Assembly: GCA_029881255.1 (NCBI GenBank)
Contig: JAOUMY010000006.1
Coordinates: 136,013 to 168,012 of the forward strand
DNA: 32,000 nucleotides
Direction: 5' to 3'
Source: Gammaproteobacteria bacterium
GTDB lineage: Bacteria > Pseudomonadota > Gammaproteobacteria > S012-40
Shown: in pieces, positions 7,881 to 15,006 of the stretch
Layout of the letters: every line of letters begins with the position of its first letter
Position numbering within the stretch: the first letter of the stretch is position 1
Notes under the pieces: model-generated
What the model saw: only the letters and a program-made list of their open reading frames with translations
Told to the model about the DNA's origin: nothing
The model's database searches: none
Program-made: the position numbers and the translations under genes

Positions 7881-9992
7881 TTATGCCGCATAAGCTCTGC
7901 GTAGATAAACCATCGCCGCAAAAACCATTAACCACAACAATGGATCAAAACGTCCGCCAGCGAGTGTACAACCTCCTGAACGAGTGCCGGAAGCAAAACT
8001 GGCGGTGAGGGAATATTTCACGTTATTGTCTGCTTGTTCTCTTGGCGCTAACACGGCTATATAGTAGGTCGCATTCCCAGGGTTACGTATATTTATTTCA
8101 TCATTACCGTAAACACCGGAATATTTCACGCCAACGTCGGTTGCGCCCGCCAGCCCTAAATCGGTGTAGTAGAAGCCCGGGTAGGTACTCTTCGCCACCA
8201 AAAGATTCACATCGACACTGGTGCGTGTATCCGTGCGTTTGAGTGTCACTTTTAAATTATCCCTGCCACTAGGGACGTCGATGGTGTAGTAGTGTATGGC
8301 GTCAAGATGCATTCCTTCTCGTAGTAATTCGCCGTTGACCTTTACATCAGGGGTCAACACGCCCCAGTCCAGATTAAACTGTCGCGTATAATCACCGCGC
8401 AAGGTGTCTTTGGCCCAATTCACAGTGAGTACAAAAGGAAGCTCTGTGAAAGAGTCCGCCTCGAACTGTAATGAATCCACTTTGAAAACCAGTTCCTGCG
8501 TTTCTCCCTCGTTAAAAGGGCTGATGGTCACTTCCCGACTATAAATCATTAGCGGAGACGAAAGCGTGGCGACGACAATATCAGCGGAATTCCAAACATT
8601 TTCTAACGTTATTCGCAGTTGAAAGGTTTCCTCCTTATCAACAACTGAATTACCGTTTCCATATAGGCTGTCATCGACGACGATTTTGTTAATGACAATC
8701 ACAGGGTCCAGGCTTTCCATATTTGCGTAGGCCTGTACCGCATTAATTTTACCATCCGTCGCCGTACGACCTTTTGCGACCAATGGCGTAACGGAAGACA
8801 ACATTGCCCCCCGTAATTGGCGAAAGCCTGCGAGCGGATATGCCGTTTTTAGCAGCGCAGCAATACCACTGACCAAAGGCGCCGCGAAGGAAGATCCATA
8901 TTTGCTTGAGTCATAACTACCCGTGGCACTAGTCGTCACCCAACCTTGACCAGGGGCTGCAAAATCCACGGTCGTTTGTCCAAATTGCGCTTCGTGGGAA
9001 AGCTCACCCGCGGTGTCTGAAAATGCGACGGAAACGATATTGGGCAGATCCAAACCCGATGGATAGTCCGGTACCTTATCATTGCTAACAGGATCATTAC
9101 CTGCCGCGGTAATGACCAGGACATTCTGGTCCTGGATGGCCTGCAAGATATTTTCTTCGGCAATCGAATACATTGGACCGCCGTAGCTGAGATTGATAAT
9201 GCTAGCGCCTTTACTGATAGCGTATTCCACCGCTTGGATCTCAGCCGCCGTGTCATATAAACAACCGATGCGTATCGGTATGACTTTCACATTCCAAGCC
9301 GCACCCGCAATACCAATACCGTTGTTGGTTTGCGCACCCACCACGCCTGTCACAGAGGTGCCGTGAGCTTCAGAATATATTTTTCCTGTATCTGGGTCTT
9401 TACATGTGTCCGCTGGTGAGGGATCCGCATCGTTCTCGACAAAGTCCCAAGGAGAGACCATATTTCCACTCAAATCTTCGTGATGAATATTAATCGCATC
9501 ATCTATTACAGCGACTATCACGTTACCGCTTTCGCCCTTCACGATATCCCATAGTTGTTCAACCCCTGCCTGTACGAGGGGCGCTTTTTGACTGTCATAA
9601 ACACCCAAACCCTCAGCGGGAACCGCACGCGGGTAGCGTCTGTAATTCGGCTCAGCAAAGAGTACATTGGGATCGGCGCGCAGCGATTCGATGGTTTGTT
9701 CTACTGAGAGATCAGGAGGAAGCTGCCACTGTTCTAGTGGTAGTAATTGAAAACGGCCTTTGACTTGTATTCGCTTATCCTGACGCAGACGCGATTTTTG
9801 TTTCGCGGTGATACCTGTTTTGTACTGCACCAGTAACTCGCCGGGAACATATTGTTGAACTGAACCTGCCACCACCAGGGAGGGCAATCCAAAAAGAATG
9901 AGTATTACAGTTAGAAACAGGACAGGCATGATGAGCTTATTATTGCGGATATTGTCGGTTTTGGACACAGAGAATTCAGGAAAATTCCCCAT
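7881..9992 (-). CDS. secreted S8 subtilisin-like serine peptidase (paralogue A) with I9 propeptide, PPC-like domain and a C-terminal GGC-DP-hydrophobic-basic tail
   Basis: Hydrophobic signal/anchor PVLFLTVILILFGLPSLVVAGS and an I9-type prodomain (LLVQYK...LFAEPNY). Triad contexts are AVIDDAIN, HGTSVTG and GSSFAAPLVSG. A pre-peptidase C-terminal-like domain (YYTIDVP...YYIAV) precedes the tail RSGGCTLAGGRFDPLLWLMVFAAMVYLRRAYAA. The start is ambiguous: TTG 10040, ATG 9992 or ATG 9929. Confidence 0.85.
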   Translation of the reverse strand: MGNFPEFSVSKTDNIRNNKLIMPVLFLTVILILFGLPSLVVAGSVQQYVPGELLVQYKTGITAKQKSRLRQDKRIQVKGRFQLLPLEQWQLPPDLSVEQTIESLRADPNVLFAEPNYRRYPRAVPAEGLGVYDSQKAPLVQAGVEQLWDIVKGESGNVIVAVIDDAINIHHEDLSGNMVSPWDFVENDADPSPADTCKDPDTGKIYSEAHGTSVTGVVGAQTNNGIGIAGAAWNVKVIPIRIGCLYDTAAEIQAVEYAISKGASIINLSYGGPMYSIAEENILQAIQDQNVLVITAAGNDPVSNDKVPDYPSGLDLPNIVSVAFSDTAGELSHEAQFGQTTVDFAAPGQGWVTTSATGSYDSSKYGSSFAAPLVSGIAALLKTAYPLAGFRQLRGAMLSSVTPLVAKGRTATDGKINAVQAYANMESLDPVIVINKIVVDDSLYGNGNSVVDKEETFQLRITLENVWNSADIVVATLSSPLMIYSREVTISPFNEGETQELVFKVDSLQFEADSFTELPFVLTVNWAKDTLRGDYTRQFNLDWGVLTPDVKVNGELLREGMHLDAIHYYTIDVPSGRDNLKVTLKRTDTRTSVDVNLLVAKSTYPGFYYTDLGLAGATDVGVKYSGVYGNDEINIRNPGNATYYIAVLAPREQADNNVKYSLTASFASGTRSGGCTLAGGRFDPLLWLMVFAAMVYLRRAYAA

Positions 9993-10060
9993 GAAATATG
10001 ACAAAGCCCCGGATAGACAGGATCCGGGGCTTGTGTTCAAAAATTAAAATCGTTCCAGTC

Positions 10061-10930
10061 TTAGAATCGAACGCCAAGTTTTCCAGTATAGGTCAGCACG
10101 CCACCCGTCTGATCCATCTCCACTGCTACATTGATCAGGAAGATTTGCAGATTGGCGCCGATGAACCACTTGAACAGATTCCCCGATACATCTTTGATAA
10201 TTTTATCATTCAGATTAGGAAACTGAGCAGCAAACGTGTCCCGGATAGTTTGTGAAACATTTTGATCGACCAAATATTGGAGTGTCATATCTGACGAAGC
10301 TGTATAACGGTGAAAACCAAGACCCGCAAATGGTGTCACCTTCAAACCAATACCAAAGCCCTTGGAGATTGCGAGCTCTGCACCATATGAAGACATTTTC
10401 GCCAAATCTGTCCCACCATATGACCCCGCAAAATTGCTGAACACACCGCGCACAGCAACCGCAGGTAATAACACATTACCGCTGGCGATATTCACTTTTA
10501 ATTCACCGCCCAAATGCGAAATTGTGTTTGGCAACGATAGATAGGATACACCGATATCAACTGCCGGAATCAACGGAACAAATGGAATATCTACACCAAC
10601 GTGCGCGTGAAGTTTAGGAAATGGGAGATAGGCCATACCCTGCATCCACGATGGAAGTAAACCATTCAAAAATGATCCTGTTGGCAACTGCGTCGCCGAA
10701 ACTTCCAGGCCGGCGTCAAGCCCGACAGGCAAAATCCCATCTGCTGCAGAGGCCGCTGGAGAGTTTGACTTGTATGTAAATGCTGGCGCGATATCACCGG
10801 CTAAGGAACTGAAATTATCATTGATCACTGTTACGCCAGGACCAACTACATCGTCTACAATTGACGCATGTATTTGGGTACTCCCCGCCAGCAATGCCAC
10901 CGCACTAAAAACTCGAATTACCTGTCTCAT
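10061..10930 (-). CDS. outer-membrane beta-barrel protein, unknown family
   Basis: Signal peptide ending in IHAS. Repeated amphipathic Gly/aromatic-rich stretches are consistent with beta strands. The C-terminus is LGVRF, matching the terminal-Phe OMP signature. An SD (GGAG) lies 10 nt upstream of ATG 10930. Confidence 0.6.
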   Translation of the reverse strand: MRQVIRVFSAVALLAGSTQIHASIVDDVVGPGVTVINDNFSSLAGDIAPAFTYKSNSPAASAADGILPVGLDAGLEVSATQLPTGSFLNGLLPSWMQGMAYLPFPKLHAHVGVDIPFVPLIPAVDIGVSYLSLPNTISHLGGELKVNIASGNVLLPAVAVRGVFSNFAGSYGGTDLAKMSSYGAELAISKGFGIGLKVTPFAGLGFHRYTASSDMTLQYLVDQNVSQTIRDTFAAQFPNLNDKIIKDVSGNLFKWFIGANLQIFLINVAVEMDQTGGVLTYTGKLGVRF

Positions 10931-10977
10931 CGATTAATCACTCCTGATGTCGTCTTTCCGTTACCGCTTTTGCAGTC

Positions 10978-11005
10978 ATTATAGTCAAGCTTTCAAAAAT
11001 GTGAA
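10978..11005 (-). promoter_or_regulatory. candidate sigma70 promoter of the OMP-S8-S8 operon
   Basis: Minus strand reads TTCACA (11005-11000), a 16-nt spacer, then a perfect TATAAT (10983-10978). This sits about 48 nt upstream of the OMP ATG. Confidence 0.5.
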
Positions 11006-11366
11006 TGAACTGGTTCTCAAAAACTGTTTCCAAACATTAATTTGCAAAGCTTATGCACATTAAATGCCGTCCCCATGCCTTCCGGCATTGACAAGAATGA
11101 AACAAGCGGTCGTTTCAGCGGTCAGAGCACTCAGTATCCTCTGAGTAAGTCGGCTAATGGCAAAAGCGCTGCCCTCATTGATAAAAACATCCGCCTCGCT
11201 GATATCTCTGCACTCTCGCTTGCCAGGAGAATCATAGAGGAAAACGAGAGAACTTTCAGACCACGCCTAAGGCGAAATACGATAAAATTCAGTATAGAAA
11301 AGGTCTGGATAATAATTAGTAATGTATGCTTCCAGGGATTTTGGCGTTGGGGAAACGGGATCGGGA

Positions 11367-12956
11367 ATGAAATTACGAAATTTCACGACACTGATTGCAT
11401 GTTGTGTGCTATTACCCCTGAGCGCATGCTTTCATAACCCGGCCACCGGGCCTTCAGATAAATCCAACCCAACTGCAAACCCCTCGACGGCGGGCCTGCC
11501 GATTCTTACCATCACTTCGCTATCCAACCCCGATCTTAACGTACCCGAATCTCGCCCAACCATCAGTTTTAGAGCGAAGCTGTCGCAAATTGCCACTGAA
11601 GATATTCCATTCCGCTTTCGAATTACCGATGGCACGGCAACGCGACAAAACGACTTTTTTATCAATAACACTGGCCGCGACACTGGCGCATCGGTAGAAA
11701 CCATTCCCGAGGGAAGTGACTTTGCTGACTTTAGCGTCAATATACAAAATGACGACATTGACGAAATCAATGAACAATTCACCGTCGATTTTCAGTTACC
11801 CGAATTTGCCGATGGCCGAGGTCCACAGGTTGTGTTGGACGCACCTCCACTCAAAATCATCATAATCGATGACGATGACGCGCCTGTCGTCCAGATTGCC
11901 CCTGAAACTGGAAACCTGATTACCGTGCGTGAAAGTGTCGGGGTAGTAAAGTTAACGCTAACTATGCCATTGAAGCTGGCCAGTCAGGATGTGGAAATTC
12001 CCATTTTAGTGACCTACCCCAGTGTTGGCTTTGCTACACCTGGTAGCGACTTCGAAGTCCCGCAAACCATCATCTATCCAGCGCAAAATGGCGGTACTTC
12101 CCGTACGTTTGAATACAACTTATACATTAAAGACGATGCCTTGAAAGAAGAAAATGAGACGTTTTTTGTTTCCCTGCTGGATCCCCTGAATCATATCGCA
12201 TTTCTTGGATCAACAGGTTTATCCTCAGTAACAATCACCATACTAGATGATGATGCCATTGGTGGCATTAACGACACCCAGGTGACGACTTGCGCAAACT
12301 ACACGAATTACAATGTGGGTTGCTCGACAACAACTGACTTTCCCGGCCAGGATGGCGAATCAAACACGCCTATGAACATGCAGTTTGTCGACGAAGCCGG
12401 CTTCCCCACCCAAGACCCCAACCTCGCCGCCTGCGTGAAAGATCTCAACACTGGCCTGATGTGGGAAGTAAAAGCATCGGCCCCAGATGCGTCACAACGC
12501 AGTGCCAAATTTTTATATTCCTGGTACAACCCCTTGATCAATGCTAACGGAGGGCAAATGGGTTTCGAGGGCAACAGTTCGAGTTGTGGTGGATCGTTAG
12601 ACACCTGCAATACCAGTGCGTATATCGAATTTCTTAATAAAAATGATCGCTACTATGGAAATGGTCTATGTGGCTCCACCGACTGGCGTCTGCCCAAGAT
12701 TCATGAGTTGGTTTCTATTATGCGTTTCTCTCCACTCACTGATTTGTCAAAAGATGCAGTCATGTTCGATGAATCCATCTTCCTGGGAAAACAACCCGGA
12801 TATTATTGGACATCTAACCCAAAGGCCAATTTTTCACTCGAGGCATGGGCAGTCTTTATGGGTAAGACACCCGATTCATATGGAAAAGGGCGTATGTTTG
12901 TTGTGGGCCTGTTTAAAGACAAGACCGCGTTTATTCGCGCCGTAACTCATTACTGA
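11367..12956 (+). CDS. lipoprotein with two Calx-beta domains and a C-terminal DUF1566 (Lcl C-terminal-like) domain
   Basis: Lipoprotein signal MKLRNFTTLIACCVLLPLSAC with lipobox LSAC. Two Calx-beta-like units are present (ITDGTATRQNDF...NDDIDEINEQFTV and FATPGSDFEV...KDDALKEENETFFVSL). DUF1566 strings are NTGLMWEV, DWRLPKIHEL, YYWTSNP and IRAV. The track start at 11322 precedes the signal peptide. Confidence 0.7.
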   Translation: MKLRNFTTLIACCVLLPLSACFHNPATGPSDKSNPTANPSTAGLPILTITSLSNPDLNVPESRPTISFRAKLSQIATEDIPFRFRITDGTATRQNDFFINNTGRDTGASVETIPEGSDFADFSVNIQNDDIDEINEQFTVDFQLPEFADGRGPQVVLDAPPLKIIIIDDDDAPVVQIAPETGNLITVRESVGVVKLTLTMPLKLASQDVEIPILVTYPSVGFATPGSDFEVPQTIIYPAQNGGTSRTFEYNLYIKDDALKEENETFFVSLLDPLNHIAFLGSTGLSSVTITILDDDAIGGINDTQVTTCANYTNYNVGCSTTTDFPGQDGESNTPMNMQFVDEAGFPTQDPNLAACVKDLNTGLMWEVKASAPDASQRSAKFLYSWYNPLINANGGQMGFEGNSSSCGGSLDTCNTSAYIEFLNKNDRYYGNGLCGSTDWRLPKIHELVSIMRFSPLTDLSKDAVMFDESIFLGKQPGYYWTSNPKANFSLEAWAVFMGKTPDSYGKGRMFVVGLFKDKTAFIRAVTHY

Positions 12957-12966
12957 ACCTAATTTG

Positions 12967-13509
12967 ATGAAACATAGTTACTACAAATTCATTTCTCTCT
13001 TTCTGGCGCTGTCGCTATTCGTTGCGCCAGCCAGCGCACAGATTTGCGCGCTCGACACCACGCCACAAAGCATTTCTCCAACAAACTTTTCCATCAATCA
13101 GGGTGTCATCACTGACATCGCTTCAAGTTTAACTTGGCAACGTTGTTTTTACGGTCAGACCTGGAACGAGTCACTTCAACGGTGCCAGGGCAATCCGATC
13201 AAGCTCGACTGGAAACAGGCTCTCAATGCAGCGGCGTCGTTAAATGGGAACTGGCGCCTCCCTAATGTCAAAGAGATACTGACCATAGTCGACTACCAAT
13301 GCATGAGCCCCCCATTAAACCCCGAATTATTCCCGGAAGCGCCTTCGTCGCTCAGAAGTGGACTGTGGACATCAACACCCTTGCAAACCAATATTTCGAT
13401 AACCTCGCCGGTTCAATCGGCCTGGTTGATAGAACTCGGACACGGCTCCTTACAACACCACACGATGGACGATCCAAATTATTTACTACTCGTTAGGGAC
13501 GGTTTCTAG
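12967..13509 (+). CDS. secreted DUF1566 (Lcl C-terminal-like) domain protein
   Basis: Signal peptide ending in ASAQ. DUF1566 strings are LTWQRC, NWRLPNVKEILTIV, LWTSTPL and LLLVRDG. It starts 10 nt after the upstream gene. Confidence 0.65.
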   Translation: MKHSYYKFISLFLALSLFVAPASAQICALDTTPQSISPTNFSINQGVITDIASSLTWQRCFYGQTWNESLQRCQGNPIKLDWKQALNAAASLNGNWRLPNVKEILTIVDYQCMSPPLNPELFPEAPSSLRSGLWTSTPLQTNISITSPVQSAWLIELGHGSLQHHTMDDPNYLLLVRDGF

Positions 13510-13645
13510 GTAGTCTCTTTAGACAATATTTACTCACGCTAAAGACCCGTACCACTCGTTCGCATTCTTGTTAACCCATCTCTGAAAAAATCCCGCTATC
13601 GGACGATAACAAGCCACCAGGTCTATATTCCACGATAGGTTTTTT

Positions 13646-14608
13646 ATGGCTGTTTGGCGTGGAGTCGCGTCAGCAATTTCGGCAATTTTTCTGCTATCGC
13701 CTTTTCCGCTGATTGCTGCAGGGCCACCTGTTCCCTTCGACGCTTGGTCTGTAAACCAGGGTAGTATTACGTCTTCATGCCCCGGCGGATCGAGTTGCCA
13801 GAACACCATCAGCGACCAAGGCATGATGCAACGGACGCTAATAGACTCTTCTGGTCAACGCTACTATCAAACCATCATCTACGATCAACAAAAAGACGGC
13901 ACACAACTCACAAGCGAAAGCTTTGTTAAGGGCAATAGCCAAGAGGGCGGAATTTCAACCCGACAGGTATTGAGCATCCCCGGCACAACCACCATAAATA
14001 GCGTCTCCGTATTAAATACCGGCTGGGCGAGCAATTCCGGGGCAGGGTCAGACATTCAAATACACCAGACACTCGAGGACCACAGCATCACCAAGGTCGG
14101 CTACATCGACAGTTTCACATTTGAAAGTTCGCAAGATGCAAACGAAAATGTCACCGGCTATTACCTCGATATTCGCCAGGAAGTAACGAATTCAACGCTC
14201 ATCGGTGGTGACGGCGTCACGACAACTGGTCAGGACAAGCACGTCTTCGTCACGCGTAAAACCTCCGGAAACTTCGTTACTTCCCCTGGTTCCGCTTCTC
14301 TCCCGAGATCAGGAGGTATGGGGGGCATGATGGATGGCAGTGGCCCACAAGGTGGTACTGTGTCTTGGCGTGTTGGAGATGAGATACAGGTAATTTGGAT
14401 AGGACAGGTTTGTGAAGGATGCCAGTCCGGAGGAATGATGGGTGGTGGCGGTGGTGGTGGCGGAATGATGAGCGGCGGTTCATCATTTTCTTACCAGGCC
14501 TATGACAATTTATCCGACTCCAGTGCAGGTATCGCCACGCGTTCGATATCGCAGACAGCCCCCATTAACTGGCAGACTGCCCCTTTTGGCGAGCAGCCAA
14601 AATTCTGA
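13646..14608 (+). CDS. secreted protein of unknown function with Gly/Met-rich tracts and CxxC
   Basis: Signal peptide AISAIFLLSPFPLIAAG. The Ser/Thr/Gly-rich body has no motif I recognise. The C-terminal third contains GGMGGMMDGSG, CEGC and GGMMGGGGGGGGMMSGG. Confidence 0.5.
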   Translation: MAVWRGVASAISAIFLLSPFPLIAAGPPVPFDAWSVNQGSITSSCPGGSSCQNTISDQGMMQRTLIDSSGQRYYQTIIYDQQKDGTQLTSESFVKGNSQEGGISTRQVLSIPGTTTINSVSVLNTGWASNSGAGSDIQIHQTLEDHSITKVGYIDSFTFESSQDANENVTGYYLDIRQEVTNSTLIGGDGVTTTGQDKHVFVTRKTSGNFVTSPGSASLPRSGGMGGMMDGSGPQGGTVSWRVGDEIQVIWIGQVCEGCQSGGMMGGGGGGGGMMSGGSSFSYQAYDNLSDSSAGIATRSISQTAPINWQTAPFGEQPKF

Positions 14609-14616
14609 ATAAAACT

Positions 14617-14982
14617 CTACACCGTGGTAAATTTTTCAATTTTTTCCATCAATCGCGCGAAATCGATCGGCTTGGTTTCATAATCATCACAACCTGCTTC
14701 AAGCGCTTTTTCACGATCACCAGACATCGCGTGGGCGGTTAACGCAATCACTGGAATTGCGGCAACGCTGGAATTTGCCTTTATCTTGCGGGTCGCTTCC
14801 CAACCATCCATTTCCGGTAGACTCATGTCCATCAGTATTAGATCTGGATTTTCGCTGCTGGCCATGTCAACGCCTTCGACGCCGTTCACAGCTATGGCTA
14901 CGGAAAAACCACGTCGTTCAAGACGCCGTTGCAGCATATCCCGGTTCATTTCATTGTCCTCAACTAACAAAATATGTGGCAT
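14617..14982 (-). CDS. single-domain CheY-like response regulator
   Basis: 121-aa receiver with LLVEDN, LILMDMSLPEMDG (phospho-Asp), ALTAHA and YETKPI. An SD (GGAGA) lies 9 nt upstream. Confidence 0.85.
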   Translation of the reverse strand: MPHILLVEDNEMNRDMLQRRLERRGFSVAIAVNGVEGVDMASSENPDLILMDMSLPEMDGWEATRKIKANSSVAAIPVIALTAHAMSGDREKALEAGCDDYETKPIDFARLMEKIEKFTTV

Positions 14983-15006
14983 ATTCTGATCTCTCCATTC
15001 ACTGTA

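Noticed and set aside
11042-11437. 131-aa plus-strand ORF filling the long OMP/lipoprotein intergenic region
   Set aside because: It has a TTG start and no SD. It overlaps the lipoprotein signal-peptide coding region by 70 nt in another frame. No recognisable motif is present. A small real gene cannot be fully excluded, but it is more likely non-coding leader.
14441-14464. (GGN)8 tract as a phase-variation simple-sequence repeat
   Set aside because: The codons are mixed (GGT GGT GGC GGT GGT GGT GGC GGA) and the unit is 3 nt. Slippage would be limited and in-frame, so this is not an on/off switch.
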